Below are positions 1-9,504 of a DNA stretch of 64,000 nt, piece by piece. The position numbers and the translations under genes were made by a program. The stretch spans positions 7,006,001 to 7,070,000 of the forward strand of contig OZ287751.1 of NCBI GenBank assembly GCA_965649765.1. Direction: 5' to 3'. Source of the stretch: Bispira polyomma (lineage: Eukaryota). The notes beneath the pieces are model-generated. The model did no database searches and had not been told where the DNA came from. It saw only the letters and a list, made by a program, of their open reading frames with translations. Numbering within the stretch: position 1 is the first letter of the stretch; each line of letters opens with the position of its first letter.

Positions 1-919
1 TGAAGTGGTTTAGTGTATATATTGTCTGCATATGTGTTGGATCGATACTCGTATTGTGTCACAATAGAAAAGGCTTGTCTTCGAGATTTGTTTACAAATA
101 TGACGTTCCTCCATAGAGTTCAAATTGTGTGACGTCACAATACAAGAATCTTGCATGGGTGTTTTTTATAGCTTTATAGCAAAGTATTAACCTTTTAAAT
201 TGTTTAGATGCATAAAAATAGGTGAAAACCTTTCTAAAGAATCATTTTAAGGCTGCTATAGTGTGTATACAGATGAAAATGAACTTGCGCAAATGCAGTA
301 TGATTTATCGGCGACGTATTTGTGTGTTTACGTTACTAAACATGAGTTTTTATAAGGAAGGGGTTGACACCTAATATGTGTTTGAGGTCAGACAGCTCAT
401 TAAGAGGCAAAGGAGAGGAAAGGGACTTTACTAGTGACACTTGACTTAAAGCCCAACCCCCTCCGACTCACTTTAAGTGCTAAAGCCCTTGTACACAGGA
501 CTACTCTTGAATACAAACAAAAGAGGGGACCAGGAAAAAGACGATGATGACAACCTTGAACCCTTAGCACATTTAGGCATTTATTTAATACAATTCGCAA
601 ACAGTATTGTTAAAACATCAATCTACTAGATTATTTACACTTTTAAGTTTACTTTTTGTGAAGGTAACCTCACCTTACTGTGACGCGACTAGAAAGAAAT
701 TAATGCTAAGGGTGACTTAACCTTTACTTCACTCTTAATTGTATTCCAAGTTAGTGATCTTTTGAAAATAGCAAATCTAAGTAAAACTTTGTGAATTGAA
801 AAATCACACTTACTTTGCCAAGTTAATAAAATAATTTAATTAAACTGCCAGCCTTTCATCCATATCCACTGCTTTCTTCCATCACTTCTTCTTAATACAT
901 TACTATGGATTGACAAATT

Positions 920-1877
920 AATGTGGTTAGTGAATTAGTCTGGTGATCAGAAGTACCATGGTTCAACTCCCAGGTGGGTGGAGTTTGTCTGGTGATCAGG
1001 GCCCGTATTCACTAACGGTCTTAAACTAAGCCAAAACTTAGGCTAAGCCCAGTCATAAATCTAAGACTTTTGTCTTAGCTAAGTTTTGTCTTAAAATGGT
1101 ATTCACAAAAGGTGACTTAGCTAAGCCTATGTTAAGACAAAAGTCTTAAATTTAAAGTGTTCTTTTTACAAATATACCAAATATTATTTACATTTTTACA
1201 CACACACATATACTATATAATTATTTAGGCCTATATGAACTTCCTAGAGTAACAAAAAATCGTTAAATAAGAAATTATTTTCTTTCATTGGGCTTAGACT
1301 TAAGACTAGCTAAGTCCCCTTCAAAGAATATATGATTCAAAATATGTTAAAAATTATACTACTTTTTGTTTGACTCATCACAGGTTACAGTATGGATTGT
1401 TAACTATTCAATATCATAATACCAAAGTTAAATGTTTGTAGTTTGTTATGCACTGCAAATTTACAATGTTTTATTTGTAAAAGTTGTATAAAAACTCCAA
1501 GACTTTTTAGTATAAAGTTAAGCCCACTCCCTACCTGTCTTAAAGTTAAGCCCTTGGCTAAGCTAAAATTTTGGCTTAGCTTCTTTGTGAATACCGCTAA
1601 GACTAAAACGTTTGTATTAGTCTCTTTTTCCCAAAAGTTAAAACAAAAGTCTTAACTTTAAGTCTAAGACTTGGCTAAGTCTGTTAGTGAATACGGCCCC
1701 AGAAGTTCTTTGGTATGACTCCCGCTAGGTTCATTGGTGAGATAACATCCTTGAGCAAAAGATGTGAACATGAGATTGGCTGCTGATGATGACCCAGTCT
1801 ATGATGTAGTTCTATGGATTCCGGAGAATAAGCACCTTAAATAAATGCTTTAATTATTATTATTATTATTATTATTA
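920..1877 (+). mobile_element. tRNA-derived SINE (family 1), interrupted by a MITE
   Basis: A-box-like GTGGTTAG and B-box-like GGTTCAACTCCC head. The body GGTTCATTGGT..GATAACATCCTT..GCAA..GATGTGAAC..TGATGACCCAG recurs at ~36600, ~49540 and ~53300. Ends in a (TTA)n tail at 1852-1877. Confidence 0.6.
1000..1699. mobile_element. PIF/Harbinger-type MITE with CAG target-site duplication
   Basis: Terminal inverted repeats GGCCCGTATTCACTAAC / GTTAGTGAATACGGCCC, flanked by CAG at 997-999 and 1700-1702. Many subterminal CTTAG/CTAAG motifs and no coding capacity. Confidence 0.8.
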
Positions 1878-2651
1878 AAAATCAGAAGTACTTTGTCGTC
1901 AATTTTGACTTACTTTAATAGGTCCCAGAGAGTGAACCATGGCTTTCATACATTCCGCAGACCCGAGGCTACCATTGCATATTCAACAGCAATGTGTCAC
2001 CAGAACACCCCATGGTTTATAGACCTCTTTAGTCATTTGCTATTAACTGGCAGCAACTTTCATTCTTTCCTTCACTGTTACATCGGCCATTTCCTCATTT
2101 CTTAGTTATGGGCATGGATAAAGAAATGTCATCAATCAAATGTCTGTTTTAATTTGTCTTTGACCTGCACAATTTTGAACCCGTTAACTAGCACCATTTG
2201 TGTTAAAATATGCTCTGTGTATATTCTTCCATTTGGCTGATGATATTCATATTTTGTATTTGCATAAATTAAATTTTCTAGAATGATCACAAAACGAAGA
2301 TGTTTGATTAAAAATAAAAACAATTTAAAACCGCTAATATTTTGTGACTTCCGTCTTGATGTTGAAATCTATAAACAAGTTTAGAAAATAGGAAATGTAT
2401 AGGTTTTTTTTTTTTTTTTTTTGACAATACAACAGTTTTATTTTAACCCTTAAACAAATAGAGAGAGAAAAGGCCATCAGCATTCGGAATCAAGTGCATC
2501 AATATGTGTGTGCGTGTGTGTATAGAACAACCCACTAACTAATTAGACTAATTGTTGTACCAATTTAAATAAATATTAAATATATCATCTATACTGGCCT
2601 CCCCCTGCATCAGTAAACTACCTGGCCTGATACAATACAACAAGGTGGAAT

Positions 2652-2814
2652 TGGTGGGCTGACGCCCGTGCGACAGCCCCCCTCAGTTCTGGTGGCAGGT
2701 CACTGGGGGGCCAATTAGGCCACCTGGGGTCACGGGGGCAAGTATAAAAGGGATTGCCGCCAACAGGCGCCATCATTAGTTAAAAACAGTTCATAGATAC
2801 AAGTGTTTTTACAA
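2652..2814 (+). repeat. Split direct repeat A1 (163 bp)
   Basis: Identical by eye to 8177-8339. Contains TATAAAAG at ~2743. Confidence 0.95.
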
Positions 2815-2884
2815 TTGGGGCTTTTACTACCCAGGGCTTTTACTACCCAGATATTGTTTTACATTTTTAATTGAATGTGTAGTC

Positions 2885-3880
2885 ATGCCTAAAGAATACC
2901 CGTGTAGTGTATGTTCTGGTCGGCACGAACGTCCAGTTGGGAAGAAATGTAAATTTAATCCGTTGGACAGCGTCGCTGATGAGGTGGCTGCCATTGATCC
3001 TGCTGTGCCTGCTGTTTCTGATTCCGTATCTAGTTTGATACTTCAACAACTGGTCGTGATGAATGAAAAGATGGACAGCATGGATCAACGAGTACAAGCT
3101 ACTGAGGCGGCGCTGTGTAAACCCAGCGCGCAGGCATGTAACACAGTTTTTAAATCTGTATCTAATGTCCCTAATGTTAGTGAACCAGTGGTTGAGGCCG
3201 TTGTGCCCTCCCTAGATTACCTGCGTTCAAATTCCGGCTTACAGAGTCAGGTAGACCAGCGCTTGCTGCAACTGCAACAACTCAATGATTTAACGGGAGG
3301 TAAACTAAAATCCCAAAGAGGTGGCGCGGAAGCTCCCGTTAAACGTCATGTTGATTGGCCACAAAATTTTGTCTTATCTGCTGTAAAAAAGGTTAGACCC
3401 ACTTATGATGACCTTACTTTGGTCCTGTTCGTCTCCGGGTTTGTTTGCTGTACGCAAGAGCAAAAAGAGTCCTCTGTCCGCGAGGCCATGTTGGAATATC
3501 TGGCATGTCTGATGGATGACGCCCATGATTTTTCGTGGGACGCCGCCAAAGCCGCTCACGCCATTTTGTTAACCAACATGGAAATGGACCGATTGAATTG
3601 GACGGATGTCGAAAAGGTCGACCGGGTAAGGCGCGCTCATGCACAGCGTCATGTAACGTCCTCAGCTAGTGGGTCTGGCCTTTCTAAAAGCAATGTTGGC
3701 AGTAAGGGTAAAACCTCGGTGAAAACAGCTGGAGTAAATTGTCGGTTCTTCCAAGAAGGAACGTGCAAATTTGATGCCAGCTATCGCACTTCTGGACAGT
3801 GGTTCAAACACTGCTGTGAGCGCTGTGATGGCACGCATCAAACCAAGTTGTGCTCCAAAAAGTCGGTGTCAAAAAACTAA
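2885..3880 (+). CDS. gag: Gag-like protein of YR retrotransposon (331 aa)
   Basis: ATG-initiated ORF with an N-terminal CxxCxxxHxxPVGxxC motif, a coiled-coil-like segment, and a C-terminal Cys/His cluster (CRFFQEGTC...HCCERCDGTHQTKLC). Lies directly upstream of RT. Confidence 0.85.
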   Translation: MPKEYPCSVCSGRHERPVGKKCKFNPLDSVADEVAAIDPAVPAVSDSVSSLILQQLVVMNEKMDSMDQRVQATEAALCKPSAQACNTVFKSVSNVPNVSEPVVEAVVPSLDYLRSNSGLQSQVDQRLLQLQQLNDLTGGKLKSQRGGAEAPVKRHVDWPQNFVLSAVKKVRPTYDDLTLVLFVSGFVCCTQEQKESSVREAMLEYLACLMDDAHDFSWDAAKAAHAILLTNMEMDRLNWTDVEKVDRVRRAHAQRHVTSSASGSGLSKSNVGSKGKTSVKTAGVNCRFFQEGTCKFDASYRTSGQWFKHCCERCDGTHQTKLCSKKSVSKN

Positions 3881-6411
3881 GGGGCCACTGCAGTATTGCA
3901 GTGGCTGCTAAGAAACTTGTACATAAAACCTGCTCTAGAGTTGTATATAATTCTACTTTTAGGGATTTTAAACTGTTTGATCATGTGTGTTGTAAATATA
4001 ATGTGTGTACTGGACCCCGAGGTAACAGGTCATACCGGGACGTGTTGAAACAGGGCCTTGTGGTTACTGATACCAAGATTTGTGGAAACCGGGAAATGGG
4101 AAAAGTTAATACTGTTTCGGTTAATAAAACTCCCCAAGGTAGCAAACTCGTGTTCCATAATTCATCATTGCACAAGGTGTCGGGAAGAAAGCATTCACCC
4201 GTGAAGGTGTTAAATACACCAGCTGACAGGCGACGTGAGAAAACAAATCACCAAAAGGTGTTAAGAAAAACACCTTTGGGTGGTGTGAAAACATCCTTGA
4301 ATAGGCGGGTCGGTAACAATGCAAACCGTGTGTTACAAAACAAACCAATTGTGTCCAAAACAATTGAACTAAGTGATGGCGAAGGGTGCCCTAAACTTCT
4401 GGTTTCTCCGAGTGTGAAAACAATTGGCGCGGGTACCACTCCAAGTAATGCTAACAATAGTGGGTTTCGCCTTCCCATTCATAACCGGTTTAGTTGTTTA
4501 GACATTCCTGGTATAGAGCTTCCTAACTCGAGTGACACGTTAGGTAAGGTCGATTTCACACCTAATCCACCACCTAACAAGAGATCTAACCCGTGTGATG
4601 ACAAGTATGTCCTGGACCTCTCAGGAGGCCTTGATAAAAGACAGCGCTTAAATGCAGCTAAAGATAATGTGACCTACAAGTTGTGGGATATACAGAATAG
4701 TGGAAAGTATGGGTTCATACCCACTAGTTCCTGGGGTACCCCAGTGATTGATTGTTCCAATAACCAATTGATCACAGACGTGTTTACACTACATAAGTCC
4801 CTTAAATTGGATGGGAGACCAAATTATAAGGGTTTACAAGTCCCCATACACACCCAACTGACGGTCGCTGCCTGGGAAAAGTACTTAGCGAATTATTGGG
4901 ATTGGGAACTCCCCTTACTGATAAAATTCAGATTTCCTCTTGACTGTAATGAAGAACACGAGTTCAAGTCTGACTTGAACAATCATGCTTCAGCCAATCA
5001 ATATCCTGAACATGTGAACCATTACCTGAAAGAAGAATGTTCTATGGGTGCTATGTATGGACCTTTCGTCCATCCCCCAATTGATGATGTGCACACATCC
5101 CCATTTATGACTAGAGACAAATCAAGCTCGGTTAACCGACGAGTCATAATCGATCTGAGTTGGCCCATCGGTCATTCGGTTAATGCAGCCGTGTCATCGA
5201 GTTCGTATCTGGACAAGGAATTTGTACTTACTTACCCTTCCATAGATGACATAACCCAACAAGTGTTGAAAAACGGTAGGGGCTCCTTGCTATTTAAAGC
5301 GGACATTAGTCGCGCATTCCGTCACGTGACCATAGACCCCAGAGACATCAATCGCCTGGGCTTATACTGGGACGGCTACTATGTCGACGGCTCGTTGCCC
5401 TTTGGCTACCGACACGGTTCAGTGATTTTTCAGAGAATTTCTGACGGTATAAGGTACATAATGGAAGGTGAAGGTCATCAAATCACCAACTATATAGACG
5501 ATCTATTATGTTCTTCTGTTCCCTCAAAAATCTATAAAATGTACCACCGACTGCAGGCCCTTTTGGCCGAGTTGGGTTTGACTCTCAGTAAAAAGAAGCT
5601 GGTTCCTCCAGCCACCCGGGTAACCTGCCTAGGCATAGTTATAGATACAGTTCGGTTCACTACATTGATACCAGAGGACAAACTAGCTCAGGTTCAAAAA
5701 ATATGTGGCAATTGGAGTGATAAAAAGCAGTGTACTAAGCGGGAGCTCCAATGTTTATTGGGTTCTTTGCTATATATTTCTAAATGCGTGAAGTACTCAC
5801 GATTTTTTCTGAATCGGATGTTGCAACTCCTCCGAAGCAATCACCACAAAAGAAGTATGAAAATTAACCCTGAGTTCAAAAAGGACCTTAACTGGTTCAT
5901 TGAGTTTCTCCATAAATACAATGGGGTGACATTTTTTCATCATGCCCCCATTACTGACATTGTAGAGTTGGATGCCTGCCTAACAGGCATGGGAGGAGTG
6001 TATGGCAAACAAGTATATTACCTTCCCATTCCTGCTGCTATGCAGAAACATAATATTGCTTCATTGGAGATGCTTAACATTCATGTGGCTTTAAAATTGT
6101 GGGGCAAATACTGGCAAGGACGTAGACTGTTAATTAAATGTGATAACCAGGCTGTTGTAAGTGTCCTTACTCATGGTAGAACTAGAGATAGCGAATTAGC
6201 CCTGTACTCGCGGAACATATTCATGCTGGCTAGCCAGCTCGATGTAGAGATACAGGTGGTTCATATTCTAGGAAATGACAATACCACTGCTGACCTCTTG
6301 TCTCGCTGGACAAATTCAGTTAAGGATAATGTTCTCTTACAGGAGCTGGTGGGCAATGTCCAATGGTGTGCCGTGACAGAGGACCACTTACTGCTTAATC
6401 ACCACATTTAG
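3850..6411 (+). CDS. pol: Reverse transcriptase / RNase H (DIRS/Ngaro-type pol)
   Basis: RT motifs RVIIDLS, FKADISRAFR, LPFG and YIDD. DIRS-type RNase H motifs ELDACLTGMGG, IASLEM, KCDNQAVV and ADLLSR. No ATG at the 5' end of the ORF. Confidence 0.95.
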   Translation: MLQKVGVKKLRGHCSIAVAAKKLVHKTCSRVVYNSTFRDFKLFDHVCCKYNVCTGPRGNRSYRDVLKQGLVVTDTKICGNREMGKVNTVSVNKTPQGSKLVFHNSSLHKVSGRKHSPVKVLNTPADRRREKTNHQKVLRKTPLGGVKTSLNRRVGNNANRVLQNKPIVSKTIELSDGEGCPKLLVSPSVKTIGAGTTPSNANNSGFRLPIHNRFSCLDIPGIELPNSSDTLGKVDFTPNPPPNKRSNPCDDKYVLDLSGGLDKRQRLNAAKDNVTYKLWDIQNSGKYGFIPTSSWGTPVIDCSNNQLITDVFTLHKSLKLDGRPNYKGLQVPIHTQLTVAAWEKYLANYWDWELPLLIKFRFPLDCNEEHEFKSDLNNHASANQYPEHVNHYLKEECSMGAMYGPFVHPPIDDVHTSPFMTRDKSSSVNRRVIIDLSWPIGHSVNAAVSSSSYLDKEFVLTYPSIDDITQQVLKNGRGSLLFKADISRAFRHVTIDPRDINRLGLYWDGYYVDGSLPFGYRHGSVIFQRISDGIRYIMEGEGHQITNYIDDLLCSSVPSKIYKMYHRLQALLAELGLTLSKKKLVPPATRVTCLGIVIDTVRFTTLIPEDKLAQVQKICGNWSDKKQCTKRELQCLLGSLLYISKCVKYSRFFLNRMLQLLRSNHHKRSMKINPEFKKDLNWFIEFLHKYNGVTFFHHAPITDIVELDACLTGMGGVYGKQVYYLPIPAAMQKHNIASLEMLNIHVALKLWGKYWQGRRLLIKCDNQAVVSVLTHGRTRDSELALYSRNIFMLASQLDVEIQVVHILGNDNTTADLLSRWTNSVKDNVLLQELVGNVQWCAVTEDHLLLNHHI
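3871..3905 (+). promoter_or_regulatory. Putative -1 programmed ribosomal frameshift signal
   Basis: A_AAA_AAC heptamer (3871-3877) in the gag frame immediately before the gag TAA, then a 6-nt spacer and a perfect hairpin GCCACTGCA-gtat-TGCAGTGGC (3884-3905). The RT ORF is in the -1 frame. Confidence 0.75.
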
Positions 6412-6414
6412 ATA

Positions 6415-7481
6415 TTGCTTTGTCTGGTTGCATGGTATTATGTTGATCAACCTTTACAAATGTTACTTTGTCTGCTCTGTGTTTGTGTTATAGCTAGAAC
6501 TCCCCTACAGCAGTTATTATATCTAAATGCAACGAAGAAGCTTCACCTGGCCTTCTGCAGGTCTACAGACAGATCTTATACTGCGATGTATAGGGTGTAC
6601 CAAGCTTATGCATCCTTCTCGGATCTGCCTTGTGACCAGGTGACAGCTATTGATCTTCTTGCTTTTTTAGAATTGTTACACTTTAACTCTGTAAAACCTG
6701 CCCATATGGCCAATTATTTATCTGCTATTAAAGCTAAGAGTATTGTATATAATGTGCCCATTCTTGCCTTCAGTGATCCTCGCTTGGCTTACTATCAAAA
6801 GTCTGTCCAATTAGCTGCCCCCTTAAATGTTCAGCTCAAAAAGATTATAGACATACCTCTTCTGACTAGTATTGTCAATGTCTCCAACACCACTTACATG
6901 GGTCCTATCTTTACAGCTGTGTATTTGGTCAGCTACTTTTCCTTCCTGAGGTTATCCAACTTAGTACCTCATTCCTGTCTTCAGTTTTCTGCTTTAAGAC
7001 ATCTATCAGGGGCTGATGTTATGTTTCACAGGGACAAAGCTGTCCTTTTGGTAAAATGGTCCAAAACAATGCAGATTAATAATCAGATTAGACTTATTAC
7101 TATCCCACGTTTGGTGGGTTCCCCTCTTTGCCCTGTGGGGTCACTGCAGGATTTATGGCTCTTACTCCGTCTGAACCTAATTCACCCTTATTTCAATTGA
7201 GAGACAAATCTCACTGGGTTCCGCTTACTGACACCCGTGTCCGCAGGCATTTCAAAACGATACTTGCCAGGCTCCAGTTGCAGGATTCTGGCCTCACACT
7301 GCACGCTTTCCGACGTTCGGGTGCCACTTTTGCCTTTAACCATAACGTCAGCATTCAGAACATCCAAAAACATGGCACTTGGACGTCGGATTGCGTGTGG
7401 AGGTATGTTACCGACTCAGTGGATGCGGGCCAGCAGGTATCGGACACATTTCGCCATCATCTTGCTACTTCTTCTTCCTAG
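6415..7481 (+). CDS. Tyrosine recombinase, split into two ORFs by a -1 frame change near 7150
   Basis: FLRLSNL (catalytic R), KWSKT and LCPV lie in ORF 6415-7200. SPLF, HAFRRSGAT (HxxR), HGTW and WRY (catalytic Y) lie in ORF 7128-7481. Confidence 0.9.
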
Positions 7482-7499
7482 CTTCCTACTTGCTGGGTT

Positions 7500-8176
7500 T
7501 GGGTGTTTCTACTCAAAATTTAGTCTATATTTCATATTCTAGATAATTATGTAACTTTTGCATTACATGTAGTCACATGCTAGTCATGTATAGTGTCATA
7601 TAGAATTTAAATTACTATTTCACTTGCTAGTCATTTCATGTTACAACTATAAAGTTAACTTCACAGAGTAGTATTTTATTTCCTAGTAATTGTATGCTAC
7701 AACTAGTAATTCAACTTCATGAAATAACTGTTCATTAAAAGGTAATAAAATCTGTAATTAACTGCAAAATTACAACTTAACTCTTCTTCTATACAATTTA
7801 AGGTCACCTCAATTTTTTTAATTCCCCTATGGGTTAAAATTTTAGTATACTAACCTGTATTTAAGGTGATCTTTAGCCCCCTTTTGTAGTCTAAATTATA
7901 AGATCATCTCCATTTATAAGGCCCCTACGGGCTTTGTAATTTCACTTATTTAACTGTGTTGGGGTGACCTTATCTTGTTCTTTGAAGTTAGATAAAATAT
8001 TATTATTACTTTCACTCAATTTAGTATGACTTAAAGTTACAAATTATCATGACCTTAAGTCACGTTGTATATAGTAGTTTAACATAGACTAACAATAAAA
8101 TATTTTACCGCATTCTGCTTACTTACTATCTTGCCTTCTTGACCTCTGACCCTTTGGCCTGTCACGCGGGGGAATG
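7500..8176 (+). repeat. Split direct repeat B1 (677 bp)
   Basis: Matches 8827-9504, with about 5 substitutions and one 1-bp indel seen by eye. AATAAA near 8094. Confidence 0.95.
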
Positions 8177-8339
8177 TGGTGGGCTGACGCCCGTGCGACA
8201 GCCCCCCTCAGTTCTGGTGGCAGGTCACTGGGGGGCCAATTAGGCCACCTGGGGTCACGGGGGCAAGTATAAAAGGGATTGCCGCCAACAGGCGCCATCA
8301 TTAGTTAAAAACAGTTCATAGATACAAGTGTTTTTACAA
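8177..8339 (+). repeat. Split direct repeat A2
   Basis: Copy of 2652-2814 abutting B1. Confidence 0.95.
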
Positions 8340-8826
8340 CCCACCCTGTACCCTCCCATTTAACAGTTTGTTATAGTTGTAGAATGTCGGTGAAATACAG
8401 TTCCACAGATCACAGCGACGTCTGGACCCTTATGGTGTAGCTAGCTGGTTGTGCTCCGGTGGTTCTGATCCTCAATCATTGTGTTAAGTAGGGGGCTATA
8501 TTACTTGGCCATGTAGGACATACAGGAAGAGCTAGAAAAGGATCTCTGTAAATAACCCGGTCTAATGGTTTACCACTGGATAAGGCCTAAGGTTAAGCGC
8601 GCATGGACCTGGATTTTAACAGAAACGAACGTTTATGTAAAGTGTCTTACTGCTATGCCAACTTTTAGCTAAGCACAGACTTTTGTTTTATGTAACGGAT
8701 TTTACCTTTCTACTTTTACCTTTACGTATGTCTCTGCAGACTAAGTTGTAGCATTCTGTTTTTACTTACCTGCGTGTAAGTCTTCTTTTAACTATCTTTT
8801 ACGTGTGTTTACAATTTTATATGTAA

Positions 8827-9504
8827 TGGGTGTTTCTACTCAAAATTTAGTCTATATTTCATATTCTAGATAATTATGTAACTTTTGCATTACATGTAGT
8901 CACATGCTAGTCATGTATAGTGTCATATAGAATTTAAATTACTATTTCACTTGCTAGTCATTTCATGTTACAACTATAAAGTTAACTTCACAGAGTAGTA
9001 TTTTATTTCCTAGTAATTGTATGCTACAACTAGTAATTCAACTTCATGAAATAACTGTTTCATTAAAAGGTAATAGAATCTGTAATTAACTGCAAAATTA
9101 CAACTTAACTCTTCTTCTATACAATTTAAGGTCACCTCAATTTCTTTAATTCCCCTATGGGTTAAAATTTTAGTATACTAACCTGTATTTAAGGTGATCT
9201 TTAGCCCCCTTTTGTAGTCTAAATTATAAGATCATCTCCATTTATAAGTCCCCTACGGGCTTTGTAATTTCACTTATTTAACTGTGTTGGGGTGACCTTA
9301 TCTTGTTCTTTGAAGTTAGGTAAAATATTATTATTACTTTCACTCAATTTAGTATAACTTAAAGTTACAAATTATCATGACCTTAAGTCACGTTGTATAT
9401 AGTAGTTTAACATAGACTAACAATAAAATATTTTACCGCATTCTGCTTACTTACTATCTTGCCTTCTTGACCTCTGACCCTTTGGCCTGTCACGCGGGGG
9501 AATG
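8827..9504 (+). repeat. Split direct repeat B2 (3' terminus of the element)
   Basis: Copy of 7500-8176, ending GTCACGCGGGGGAATG. Confidence 0.95.

Larger units (their letters stand above)
2652..9504 (+). mobile_element. Full-length tyrosine-recombinase retrotransposon (DIRS order, Ngaro/PAT-type split direct repeats)
   Basis: Order is A1(2652-2814), gag, RT/RNaseH, YR, B1(7500-8176), A2(8177-8339), unique spacer, B2(8827-9504). No integrase, protease or methyltransferase seen. Confidence 0.95.

Noticed and set aside
400-830. CTTAA/TAAG-rich segment resembling the nearby Harbinger MITE
   Set aside because: No terminal inverted repeats or TSD could be defined.
8119-8301. 60-aa minus-strand ORF across the B1-A2 junction
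   Set aside because: A by-product of the GC-rich repeat A, with no recognisable motif.
8340-8826. Extra ORF (e.g. hydrolase or methyltransferase) or hammerhead ribozyme in the spacer
   Set aside because: No ORF of 60 aa or more, and no CTGATGA...GAAA core seen.
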